Source of the DNA: Octopus sinensis
Lineage: Eukaryota
Assembly (NCBI RefSeq): GCF_006345805.1
Contig: NC_042999.1
Location: forward strand, 174,282,001-174,346,000
DNA: 64,000 nucleotides
Direction: 5' to 3'
Each line of letters begins with the position of its first letter. Position 1 is the first letter of the stretch. The position numbers and the translations under genes are program-made. Positions 39,345 through 51,942 of this stretch are shown in pieces. The notes beneath the pieces were generated by a model that was given only the letters and a program-made list of their open reading frames with translations, was not told where the DNA came from and searched no databases.

Positions 39345-39678
39345 AATACATACACCAACTAATACATACTAATACGTACTAATACATACTAATACATACT
39401 AATACATACACCAACCCTATACATACACACGTCCAGACCTCTCATACGCACTTATACTCTCTCATACACACACACACACTTATACATACTAATACGTACT
39501 AATACATACTAATACATACTAATACATACACCAACCCCATACATACGCACGTCCAGACCTCTCATACGCACTAATACTCTCTCATACACACACACACACC
39601 CTTATACATACTAATACATACTAATACATACACCAACCCTATACATACACACGTCCAGACCTCTCATACGCACTAATA
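39345..39678. repeat. Higher-order minisatellite (~120-bp unit, ~2.7 copies, built on TACTAATACA 10-mers)
   Basis: CACGTCCAGACCTCTCATACGCAC recurs at ~39427, ~39547 and ~39650. Confidence 0.85.
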
Positions 39679-39679
39679 G

Positions 39680-39984
39680 CTGGTCATTCAACCCTATTAT
39701 CAACCCTATTATCTCCCCTTATTTCGCTCTCGCGTCTCATGTTTGATCTTTGACCTCTGGCCGAAATCAGATCGCCATGTTGATTCGTTAGTTACTGCAC
39801 GCATTTTTTTTTCTCTCCTTCTTTCTGTGTTTTTTTTCTCTCTGTGTATCTTTCTGTTGAAGAGCGTAGGCTCGAAACGTTAAAGACTTGTTTTATTTAT
39901 ATTTCCTGAGCGCCATACTAATACAATTGTTTGTTTGTTTCCCACCTGCCTTCGTCTTTTGTCTATTTTCATAAAGCTTCCCGT

Positions 39985-39990
<6 letters not shown>
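39680..39990 (+). mobile_element. Penelope-type terminal repeat/non-autonomous element with minimal hammerhead-like motif
   Basis: TCTTT-CTGTTGA-A-GAGC(GTAG)GCTC-GAAAC-GTT-AAAGA at 39849-39886. A related copy lies on the minus strand at 47520-47690. Confidence 0.65.
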
Positions 39991-40014
<24 letters not shown>

Positions 40015-40015
<1 letters not shown>

Positions 40016-41690
40016 AAAGAAGCAACAAGGCTATCCAGAGGTAATGCAGTACGATCGTTTCAAGCAACTCCATTTAACTGAACAATGCAATCATTACATC
40101 AATTTAAGTGTCCCCACTGTGCAAACCCTATGAAACAGTTAATGCCAGGACTAACCCTACAGTCATCATTGGTGCATATGGTATTCTCAAAGAGGTACGC
40201 CTTACATAGTTATGATCTGATGGAGTTCCCTGGCTTTTCAACAATCTTAATGTTGAGTTTGGTCTCCTTCAGAGCTTTCCTAAATCTACTTGCTAGTTCT
40301 CCATGGGCTGTGGCCTCTACAAACATCACTCTTTGATATTTGTTGGTTATATACGTGTTTACCCACCCTGTTTGCTTTGTCACAAATTCTTTGTATTCTA
40401 TTCCAGGGCAGGTGCCATTGATTTCATTATATATAATGTTATCTAACTTCTTTCTAGCACTCCTGCATACTCAAACCCTATCTCTCTGATCATATCCACA
40501 GAAATGCATGCAGTGCATGAAGTTCTGTACGTGTTTCTTCGATTTATAGGGTTTGCACAGTGGGGACACGTTGTTCATTATCCTAACTAAGTCTGCTATC
40601 AGTATGATAATTTTCATGTTGTGTAACAAAGCTGAGTTCTTGTGAACAACATATTTCGAAGCTGTGGGTCTCATGTAACAGGAGTGGAGGAGCTGCACTC
40701 TATTGTTCACAGTCCCTAACCAAAGTTCAGTATCAAGGACGAGGAGTCTATTGTTGGGGTGCCTAGTGGGGTACTCTACAGTTACCTTGATACTTTGGTG
40801 GATAGAGTTAGCTACTTGCTGGATATTCTCCATTATGTTTCTCTCAGTGTCTGTACTGCCGTTACTACAGCTGGGCTTAACTAGGATATTAATGTCGTCT
40901 ACATAACTATTGTAAAGTAAAAGAGTTGTGGACTGTTCTGCTAAGGGTTGCTTAAGTTTCCCACCAGGCCATGAAGAGTCCGGTCACATCTCCAGCTACA
41001 CCGACACCAAAGGTTGCACCTTGAACCTGCATATATAGTTTCTTGTTAAACTTTACTATGTTCTTCTTCAAGGTGGTTCTTACGCTAGCCCCTATTGCAT
41101 GTGCAATCATTCCTTTCACCTGATTGTTGTTCTCAGGGTCTTGGGTGGGGACGGTCCAGCCACTCTGGCGCTCTGTGGTGCTTTTCTTCACAGCTGAGGT
41201 GATGGTGGGTGGTCTTTCCCTCTGTGACCTGGTGAGGTCGTCTAAATAGTCATTGTTGTAGCTTAGTCTAAGGCGGAGGCCCAGTTCCCTGGTGTTTACT
41301 TCACGGAATTCTACTTCACTCTCACCGATTATCTCAATGCATTTCTCCACAGCAAAATCTATGTCTGTAGATGGGTATAGTGAAATTACATCTATACGAC
41401 CCACTACACAGCCTGTGAGGTCGTTAGAGTGGTTGCAATTACTGATTTTACTGAGGAAATCCTCCGTGCTCACAGTGACATCTGGGGACATTTCTATGAG
41501 AGGTCGTAATACCTGTGAGAGGAAGTAGAGCAGTCTGTAATTGCTGGAGATATTCGCTCCGCAAACTGGTCGGGTTGGTGACCACATAAAAGGGTTTATG
41601 TGGGGTTTATAATAAGGCACTAAAAGAGAATGACTCTCCCCAGACACAACAAAATATGCTTCAACACACGAACTCACATAAAGAATCTTG
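40015..41690 (-). pseudogene. Penelope-like element RT/linker, decayed, ending in a PLE terminal fragment
   Basis: GRIDVISLYPS, QVQGATFGVGVAG, YVDDIN, VLDTELW, YMRPTASKYVVHKNSA and FVEATAHGELA...IKIVEKPG motifs. 40015-40110 matches 21873-21960. Confidence 0.8.
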
Positions 41691-41714
41691 CAAACCAAAT
41701 CCCAAAATGAAATA

Positions 41715-41959
41715 TATATATTCTTTTATTATTTCTCTCTTTTAATTGTTTCAGTCATTTAACTGCAGCCATTCTGGAGCACCGCCTTTAGTCAAACAAA
41801 TCGATCCCAGGACTTATTCTTTTTAAGCCTAGTACTTATTCTATCGGTCACTTTTGCCGAACCGCTAAGTTACGGGGACGTAAACACACCAGCATCGGTT
41901 GTCAAGCGACGGTGGGGGGGGGGCGACAAACACAGACACATAAACATATACATTCATTT

Positions 41960-42013
<54 letters not shown>

Positions 42014-42060
42014 GACGGGCTTCTTTCAGTTTCCGTCTACCAAAGCCTTGTCAGTGGATT
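41715..42060 (-). mobile_element. CORE-type SINE, 5'-truncated
   Basis: Reverse complement of the SINE body and tail. Confidence 0.85.
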
Positions 42061-44399
42061 TGATCCCAGAAGCACATCACGTTGAATTTTGAAATTTGTG
42101 AATGTTGTGGTTTGTGTATTCACCTGATGAAAACGGCTTTTTTAATCATGTAATGTCTCCATTAGTCAATTAAAAATTCATTGGAAGCAGCTATAGTGAA
42201 TTGACACATTATTCATCTGTTGTTATTCGTTTATATAATATATATACAGAGAGAGGGGGAGAGGGGGAGAGATGTATCTATATATATATATGTACATATG
42301 TGTGTGTTTGTGTGTGTGTGCACGTGTGTGTGTGTATTGTTGTTTTATGTATATATGTATGTACATATATCACGTATACATATAACACAAAATATGGCAC
42401 AAAATACGTTGAAATTTTCAATTTCATAAAAGAATTTTAAAGAAACCTAGCACAGCTAGTTAAGTAATATTACAAAATAGGTAAAAAAAAAATTTACGTA
42501 AGTGCCATAACCAATTCAACAAATTCGATTGATAAATATCAAGGGAATAAACCAAACTAAGTAACTGGCCGAATAATGAGTACTACCAAGTAAAACTTAT
42601 TGAGTATCTTTGGCTGAAAACCAATTATAAAGAAAGGCAAATAGTCGTGCAGCAAATACACTATAAAATAACGTTTGATTAATATTCTGGTAACAACAGC
42701 GTCTTCAAACTAACACCAATGCTGACATTTAAAAAAAAAGATAAATGTTACTTCAGAAAAAGACATATTCTTCAAAAATAGACAAAATTGTAAAAAATAG
42801 ACAAAAAGTAAATTTTTTTTTTTTTTCTTTTAACATGTAAATATTTTCTCAGAAGCCACAAAAGAAAATATAGAAAAACTTCGTTGAGAAAAAAAGTGTG
42901 AAAGCAAAAAGACACAGACATCAGCTTTTGCTGTATAGATATGTTGCAATTCCACAAAAAAAAAAGGCAGAAAGTAAGAAAACTGAATACTTGATAAATA
43001 CTTTAATATAGCCACATTTCTAACTATTAGCAACTGAAAGTTATCAATACAACTAAATTTTGTTATTCTATGTAACATAATTATTTAAGGAAAATAACCC
43101 TGGATATCTTTTAAAGCTCCAGACTTAACGCGATTGTAAATTTCAATACTATTTAAGAATTATAATTGCTTTTTCTCATCTACTTCCCACTTGCTTTCTC
43201 CGTTAGATTCTCTGCAGATGTTCAGTTAATTATGTGATTTTTACGTTTCATAGTTTAACTTGTTCATCAAGACTCTGCAAGTTTTCTTCTTAGCATATGT
43301 TAAGGTTAAATCCCTTAGAGAAACATTATGTAAGACATCATTCTGAAAAATCAGTTAATTTTATATAAATGTATTTGTCTTCTTGTAAAATGGTTTTTAA
43401 AATTACTTTACTAGATTACATAGAATTACTTTGAAAATTTAATATGTGCAAAGATAATGGTTAAAACAGTTTACAGAAAACGGATGACACCTGTTAAAAG
43501 TTAGCCGACGACAGAGTTAATAAGAAAGAATATAAATAACAGGCAATATAAATGGTGTTGTGAATAGATTTCAACATACATTAAATCTTACTTAAGCTGC
43601 CGAAAGTCTAACAAGACTTTCAAATAATATAACATAAAGCTAACTTCATCATCACAGATATGTAAGTACATAGACATATGCACGTTAAAATTCAAAAGAG
43701 TTTCATAAGATGAAGTATAGTTTGTTGTTGATAGTACAATTTCTTGCCATAATAGTCATTAGTTTTACATTTTTCTTTCATAATTTCCAGACAAATATTT
43801 TAAAATCATTATAAAGTATAAATAAAAGACAGACATTATTTCACTTCCATCATCACAATTTAAAATCTTTTTTCATCTATTTAGTATTATGACTCTTCTG
43901 CATTTTGATTTAATTCTCTGTCGTTTTACATGGTAAAGGCTATTATATTCTTATTTAGTTTGCTATCTAAAATGCTTCAAAGTTACGTAGTAAGATGGAT
44001 TTTCTTGGTTACAATTTTACATGTGTCTGCGTGTGTGTGCGTGCGTGTGTGTGCGTGCGTGTGTGCGTGTGCGTGCGTGTGTATCAACCAGGCTATCTGA
44101 TGTTCTTATACACTGCTGCTCACAACGCGCTTCCTTGCATTGTCATACCATTCACATGATACAACCCTTCTGGCAAACTGCGTTATGAAGTGTTTTGTTC
44201 AAGAACACAACACAATGCTGGTATAGGAACCAACTTATGACCTCGCGATTATGAGTGCAATACCTTAAACATTAGGCTACGCATATTCACTAATATGTAT
44301 GTGTATACATATATATATACGTGTGTGTGTGTAGGTAGGTATATATATGTATGTATATAAACATATATGTGTGTGTTTGTGTGTCTATGTGTATGTGTA

Positions 44400-44566
44400 T
44401 GATTTCTACCGTTCCAGTGATGGCTTGGATCTGTAGCCTTCGAATTAGTTTTCGAATCAGCTTTCTCCTTTCTGGTTTCAAGAAGCCTAACTTCTCAAGG
44501 TTGGTAGATAGGCAGTGTGTCACATATCCCAGTGCCCCAATAATCACAGGTATAAACCTGAACTTG
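44400..44566 (-). mobile_element. C-terminal fragment of another RLE retrotransposon family, next to (TATG)n
   Basis: YKFRFIPVIIGALGYVTHCL...LQIQAITGTVEI, the typical RLE C-terminal IPxIxGALG motif. Confidence 0.7.
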
Positions 44567-44908
44567 TAATATGTATGTATGTAATGTATGTATGTATGTA
44601 TGTATGTATGTATGTATGTATGTATGTATGTATGTAGTATGTATGTATGTATTATGTATGTATGTATATGTATGTATGTAATGTATGTATGTATGGTATG
44701 TATGTATGTATGTATGTAATGTATGTATGTATGTATTATGTATGTATGTATGTATGTATGTATGTATGGTATGTATGTATGTAATGTATGTATGTATGTA
44801 TGTATGTATGTATGTGAACACGCACCACTCATATGCACAATTTTATCATTGTTGTGGTATAAATATGCCGATATGTGTATATTTGTATAAAGTTATATGT
44901 AGGTATAT

Positions 44909-45136
44909 ATATTTCTTTACTACCCACAAGGGGCTAAACACAGAGGGGACAAACAAGGACAAAAGGATTAAGTCGATTACAGCAACCCCAGTGCGTAACT
45001 GGTACTTAATTTATCGACCCCGGAAGGATGAAAGGCAAAGTCGACCTCGGCGGAATTTGAACTCGGAACGTAACGACAGACGAAATACGGCTACGCATTT
45101 CGCCCGGCGTGCTAACGTTTCTGCCAGCTCGCCGCC
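44909..45136 (-). mobile_element. GCCTTTCATCC-core SINE monomer
   Basis: Near-identical to 34474-34705. Confidence 0.9.
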
Positions 45137-45296
45137 ATGTAGGTATATATGTCTATATATGTGTGTGCGCGTATCTTTTTTGTGTGTGTATGTATATGTA
45201 TATGTATATGCGTGTATGTATGTATTTGCGTATGTATGTGTGTGTATATATATATATGTATGTACATATATATATATATATAGTATGTATGTATGT

Positions 45297-45380
<84 letters not shown>

Positions 45381-45382
<2 letters not shown>

Positions 45383-46100
45383 GGGAATAAATCCAAACTT
45401 ACAGGGAAAAATTAGATTTAGGATTAAATCCAATTTTATAGTATAAATATATTATATTATATTATATTAAATTAGAGATAAAACCACTATTAGGCAAATC
45501 AAACAGTGAAAAACATAAGCCAATACATAAAATTAATTTAAAGATATGAAAGTTAAAAATAAAAAATTATTTAAATAATTTAAACTTATAAATTTTATAT
45601 ATATATACAAATATATATAAATATGTATGTATATTTTTATATTTATATATTATTTTATTTATTAATTTTTTTTAAATATCAAAAGTATTAAAAGTTTAAT
45701 AAAAAATAAAGAGTAAAACACTACGATCGTTTCATGGCTGTACCAATTCGAATAACAATAATTTAAATTCAATTAATAATTCGAGTTATGGTTACAGTCA
45801 ATCTTCAGGTTAACTGAAATATTTTTAAAATAATCAGAAATATTTAAACAGTATTTTTAAGATATAAATAATATAATAATTTTACTTATAATAAACTTTA
45901 TTATCAAACTAGAAACTTAAAACTTAACAATTAGGATTATATCAAAATCGATTATAATGTTAAATATTAATTTTAATTTATAAGGTAGGAAACCCACCAA
46001 TAATCTAATATCGGTAATAGTCTATATCTAATTACATAAATATTTTTTTTAAATATATATATGGATGTGTATTTGTGCCTGCACGTAATTTTATTGAGGT
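45381..46100. repeat. Extremely AT-rich interspersed repeat, probably PLE-terminus-derived
   Basis: Shares TTAAATTAGAGATAAAACCACTATTAGGCAAATCAAACAGTGAAAAACAT with 34071; contains CTACGATCGTTTCA as in the PLE end at 40050. Confidence 0.5.
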
Positions 46101-46249
46101 AATGACAATACAATTTTATAAAGTTACCAAGAAAATAAGTGGTTTCATTGCTGGCATGAATCTTTGTTCTCTGTAAGTTGAACAGTGGAAAAGCTATTAA
46201 TAATCAAGTGCTTATGGGGTGATGTGGGTGTGAGTATGTATGGGTATAC

Positions 46250-46280
<31 letters not shown>

Positions 46281-46290
46281 TGTATGTATG

Positions 46291-46748
46291 CTTGCTTGGT
46301 GAGGAGGGTGTTTATTGGACACCCCGCGGGATGAAAAACAAAACCCGTCAAAGGGCGGAGGAACTCTTGAGAGTCAACGGCCATCCAATAAATGTCTTAA
46401 GGTTGTATCATGCGTGGGGACATAGAAATAATCGGACTGAATACCCGATCGCGCGGTTAAACCATTGGGAGTGAAGGACTCCTAGCCTTTGTTAGGGCAT
46501 CCTTCTAGGAGAAGGTAACTCAGGAAACTGGGATAACTCCGACATAAAACCTGCGGCTCAGTGGTTACCGATGATGTTGACTTGTTCTTCTTTTCGGATT
46601 ATGGCTGCTGTTGCTTAGTGAGAGGGATTGACTCAATGCGCAGCCTTTCCTCACTGTAAAAAAAATCTTCTTGCACAGGCATTGCACGATAATAACATTG
46701 ATTAAGCTCCGTGCAATGGCCATACTCGATAACGAGGGGGCAGCCACC
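46291..46748. mobile_element. 458-bp non-coding element inserted in a (TATG)n tract
   Basis: Complex, GC-richer block with (TATG)n on both sides. GGGCATCCTTCTAGGAGAAGGTAACTC resembles RTE 5' UTR motifs (from recall). Confidence 0.55.
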
Positions 46749-47461
46749 ATGTATGTATGTATGTATGTATGTATGTATGTATCGTCAATAGTTTATATCT
46801 CCGAAAAAGAAGCATACTCGAAAACATTCGAGCAGTAATATATATTCCTTAGGAAGTTGATTGTTATGACTGGTCAGAAAGTGACCATTGGTTTCGCACT
46901 TATAAGGGTTTAGCCGTAATGGGGACACGTCAGATTTAAATGGCTGTAGACGCATTGCCTCTCAACAGCCGGGAGGGAAGGAGACGTCATGGTCAGTTAG
47001 TTTTGTAAACAAAAAATATACATCCAGAGTGGCCGTGCAGAAAGTGTTTCAGGCGGGACGAGGTTACCCACTCTTACCCATCGATTCCAACCGTGACAAT
47101 ATTCAAAGATACTCTCGCAGTTCTACTCGGTGAATAGGGAATTCCAAGCTTGTAATAGGAAACATCTCAGATGAGGACATTGATTAAATACTTCTTTCCT
47201 GGAGTTTTAAAAGAACCCCGCCCCCATTCAAGCGTGCTTTTAGGATTCTTGCTTCTCGGCCACGCAAAGCTTACATCATTTGCTCCCAGTTATATAAATT
47301 CCCGATTGTTCAAGGAGCATCCATTTAACTATGCACAGTGTGCCCTTCTCTTTTAAGCGCTATATGTAGCTGCTCAAGGACGAGACGTTGCGCCTTTCCG
47401 ATATTTTAAAAGAGTACTTGTGACTCTTCAGACGTTGTTCAAATATGTGTAAACACGTGTG

Positions 47462-47504
<43 letters not shown>

Positions 47505-47740
47505 CTATATATGTAGTTTAAATTTACAGAAAAACAAAACACGAAGACAGGTGTATAAACAAGAAACAGGTATATTAGTTTAACGCTCGGGAAGGTGAGA
47601 AAATATTTTACGTTTCGAGCCTACGCTCTTCAACAGTAAATAACACGATGAAATAAACAGAGAGAGAATAAAAAATCTTTTGGAGCTAGCGGTCAATCAT
47701 GGCAGATATATATGTATTTATTTAAATATATATGTATGTC

Positions 47741-47862
<122 letters not shown>

Positions 47863-48106
47863 TTTTATTCTTTTACATGTTTCAGTCATTTGACTATGGC
47901 CATGGTGGAGCACCGCCTAGAAGGTTTTTTAGTAGAACGAATCGACCCCAGGACTTATTCATTGCAAGCCTATTACTTATTTTATCGGTCTTTTTTGCTG
48001 GCCCGATAAGTTACGGAGACATAAACACAACACCACCGGTTGTCAAGTGATGGTGAGGGGACAAACATAGACACAAAGACACAAAGACATTAATACATAT
48101 ATATAT

Positions 48107-48513
48107 AGGCGCAGGAGTGGCTGTGTGGTAAGTAGCTTGTTTACCAACCACACGGTTCCGGGTTCAGCCCACTGCGTGGCACCTTGGGCAAGTGTCTTCT
48201 ACTGTAACCTCGGGCCGACCAAAGCCTTGTGAGTGGATTTGGTAGACGGAAACTGAAAGAAGCCCGTCGTATATATGTATATATGTGTGTGTGTTTGTGT
48301 GTCTGTGTTTGTCCCTCTAGCATTGCTTGACAACCGGTGCTGGTGTGTTTACGTCCCCGTTACTTAGCGGTTCGGCAAAAGAGACTGATAGAATAAGTAC
48401 TAGGCTTACAAAGAATAAGTCCTGGGGTCGATTTGCTCGACTAAAAAAAGGCGGTGCTCCAGCATGGCCACAGTCAAATGACTGAAACCAGTAAAAGAGT
48501 AAAGAGTAAAGAG
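48107..48513 (+). mobile_element. Full-length CORE-type SINE (a minus-strand 3' half of the same family lies at ~47860-48075)
   Basis: GGCGCAGGAGTGGCTGTGTGGTAAGTAGCTTGTTTACC...GTAAAAGAGTAAAGAGTAAAGAG. Confidence 0.92.
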
Positions 48514-48525
48514 TATATATATATA

Positions 48526-49794
48526 CGAGGGACGTTCAATAAGTAATGCCTCTGACCCACTTCCAGGTGTTTGATCTAGTTGAAATTTTGCATGTGCAAT
48601 TACTTATATCTCTATAGATTAGGTGGCAAATTACAGCTCTGAACTAATTATAGTTTCTGATTTACAGGTGTTTGAACTGAGTCAAGTGTGAAATGGAGCC
48701 TGTTGAGTGTCGAGCAGTGATCCGGTTTTTGTATTTGAAAGGACTCACACCACGGGAGACTTTTGATGAAATGAAAGTAACTTATGGTGATGATGCCCCA
48801 TCATATGACCTTGTAAAACGCTGGCATCGTGAATTCAAACATGGTCGGAACTCTGTGGAAACAGCTCCCAGATCTGGTCGACCCCCTTCTGCCATTGATG
48901 AGGCATCTGTCCGTCAAGTTGAGGCTGCCCTTTTGGAAGATCGACGCATAACTATTCGCCAAATAGCCCATGAGGTCAAGATTAGTACCGGGTCAGTGGA
49001 AACTATCATTCATGACCATTTGCATATGCAAAAGGTGTCTGCCAGATGGATTCCCAGGTTGCTCACGCCTTTCCAGAAGCAAGAACGCGTCGAGTGCTCG
49101 AGGATGAATTTGGAGACGTACCAAAGACTGATTACACAGGATGAAACCTGGGTCCATCACTATGATCCAGAGACCAAAGCCCAGTCAATGCAGTGGAAGC
49201 ACCGTGACTCACCTCCTCCAAAGAAGGCAAGGGTGCAGCCCTCTGCTGGCAAGGTCAAGCTCACAGTCTTCTGGGACCAGGACGGAGTAGTGATGACAGA
49301 TTTCCTGGCAAAGGGTACCACAATTACAGGAGCCTATTATGCTTCACTTTTGAGGAAATTAAGAGAAGCTATCAAAATCAAGAGGCGGGGCAAGATCAGC
49401 GAAGGCATCCTCCTCCTGCAGGACAACGCTCCGGTCCACAACTCGCGTGTCGCCAGATCAGAAGCACAGACGTGCGGCTATGAACTCCTCCCCCACCCCC
49501 CTACTCTCCTGACCTTGCACCCTCTGATTTTCACCTCTTCCCAGCCATGAAGTTGTTTTTTGAAAGGAAAGCATTTCCCAGATGATGCAGCCTTGATTTC
49601 TAAAGTCACGTCGTGGATGGAGGACCAAGCTGGGGTCTTTTACAAAAACGGTCTCCAGAGCAGGATCAAACGATGGGAGAAATGCGTAACTCTGAGTGGT
49701 TCCTATGTAGAAAAAGACTAATAACTGTGCCAAGTTCCGTTGCTCTACTGGTATGGGAAGTGGGTCAGGGGCATTACTTATTGAACGCCCCTCG
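48526..49794 (+). mobile_element. Full-length mariner transposon (DD34D, irritans/Himar1-Hsmar2-like)
   Basis: 39-bp TIRs (48526-48564 / 49756-49794, 2 mismatches), TA TSD. WIPRLLT, TQDETW, QDNAP and (Y)SPDLAPSD motifs with 34-residue spacing. Confidence 0.95.
48693..49721 (+). pseudogene. Mariner transposase with a 1-bp frameshift in the C-run at ~49500 and a probable short in-frame deletion before QRLITQD
   Basis: ORF 48693-49550 shifts at PHPP. The alternate frame reads YSPDLAPSDFHLFPAMK...RWEKCVTLSGSYVEKD*. Confidence 0.9.
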
Positions 49795-50166
49795 TATATA
49801 TATATGTCTGTGTGTGTGTATACATATATATATATTTATTTATATATATATATATATATAGGAGAGTATTGTAGTTCGCTTGAAGCATTGTGCATTGTTT
49901 GCAAAATATAATGTGTCTTGAATGGCACAACAATGCACTATAATAACTGTTATAATTTAATCATCTATAGTCTGAGATTTTTCCAAATATTTTGCAATAC
50001 AAAGAAAAACTATTATAGCAGTAACTCGATCAATTCCTCGGGATATCTGAAGAAGGAATTTTGTATTCCGAAATATTATATCAGACTACGGATAATTAAA
50101 TTATAACGGTTATTATAGTCCAATGTTGTTATTATAGTGCATTGTTATGCCATTCAAGACATTATG

Positions 50167-50227
<61 letters not shown>

Positions 50228-50230
<3 letters not shown>

Positions 50231-50392
50231 GACGGGCTTCTTTCAGTTTCCGTCTACCAATCCACTCACAAGGCTTTGGTCGACCCGAGGCTACAGAAGT
50301 AGACAATATCTTAAGGTGTCACGCAGTAGAACTGAACTGGAACCATGTGGTTGGAAAGCAAGTTTTTTTTACCACAGAGTTACGCCCGCGGC
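50228..50392 (-). mobile_element. 5' half of a diverged CORE-type SINE
   Basis: Reverse complement of head and core. Confidence 0.75.
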
Positions 50393-51199
50393 TATGTATA
50401 TAAGAAGCAGCAAGAAGCTATAAGATTACGTAAAACCACTCAGCTCTGTGTGCACAACATCTTATAGAAGAAACATAAAGTTTATTTTTATAATTTCCTG
50501 TTCTGTGTCATTTATTTGATTCATTATACTCTGTACTCGACTAACGCGCTATCCTGAAGCATATGTCTATTGAGTTCTAACAACAGATTATTGTTATCGC
50601 TATGCCTATGCGAAATGTGTGTGTGCACGCACACGCGAACACACATACACACATATTTGAGTGAGTGGACAGACGAATGGTAGTGACACTGAGTACATTT
50701 GATAGGAGTTACACATATTTCTATTAGCATTTTAACAGTTGAAAACTTCGTGAGCGCGTAGCGCACGTCCATTCCATTAGATGTTAGAAGTGTGAAAAAT
50801 TCGAGAAAAATGCAAGACGGTTTTTATGTGTTAAATCTCTATTGATCAACTCAAATCACGTAGTATAAATGTTGGGAAAGCAACAACTGCTATTTTCTTT
50901 ACTGTATGAACCACGGGGTCAGATAGGCTGTTGGAAAGATACTGGCACCAATTTGGCTGTAAACTGCGATGTAATGTATTCAGTGACGCCATTTTCTTGT
51001 ATTGTACAGTAAATGGTAGAGTGAGATGGTGCGACTACATAGCTCAGTCATCGTTAAGAGGCCAATCAACAAAATGGCGACAACAGTCTTAACGTGTAAG
51101 TAACCAATTTTGATGGTGTCGGGTTACAACTGAGGTTGTGTGATCAGCATGGCGTAGGGGCTATAGTCTATATGAGTGAGAAGGATTAAATATACCGCC

Positions 51200-51900
51200 C
51201 TTGTATATGGGACAGCTTAGTTTAGGGTGATATATCCGGATTGCCATTTACCAGTGTATTGAAGTTCATTAACAGGACGCTTATAATAGCTATATATTCT
51301 AGGAAAATGTTATATTTTTTTTAATTAGCGTCAGTAATTCTTGAGTGTGTCATTTGGAATTTTTAGGTTGCATGGAGGATTGAACCAAATTATCTTTTTC
51401 TGAATCGCTTGTGAATTCACTCCTCGTTAATGCCTTGTTATAGACAGATGCGGTCTTGTTGAAGATCTCTCTATCCGCTGATACATTAGAATTTCTTCTG
51501 CTTATGTCTGTGACTAGATTTATAATTGCAGTTGAGAGGGTTGGTACTTTCTGTCGAGTAACACTTGCTCATATTCAAGGTCGACATCCTGGACGTAACC
51601 CTATACTTGAGGACAACTAAGTACTATCTTTGTTAAGAATTTGATATATGATTGTATTATCAATGATTAGTTTTTGTATCTAATTTTGTTTTGTTGTGTG
51701 TCGTATAGTAAGTTGTGAGTGCTCCTTGTTGTAAATGTACGGTAAGCCTACGAGAGAATATTGTACTAGTATGGCGAATATAACATCAGGAGTCCTGAAG
51801 TTAACAGCTTTCAAATCCACAATCAAATCTGTAGATCACAGTTGTCAATAGTAGCTTGTTTTGGGGTCTACATGCCGATAGTATGTCATACATATGAAGA
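51200..51900 (-). pseudogene. Old Penelope-like RT C-terminal fragment
   Basis: Manual minus-strand translation ...ISRRNSNVSADREIFNKTASVYNKAL...RKIIWFNPP, a PLE-conserved motif set. Confidence 0.6.
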
Positions 51901-51942
51901 TTTATCTTTCTGTAGTTTTAGTATATGATAAAATGTGATGTA

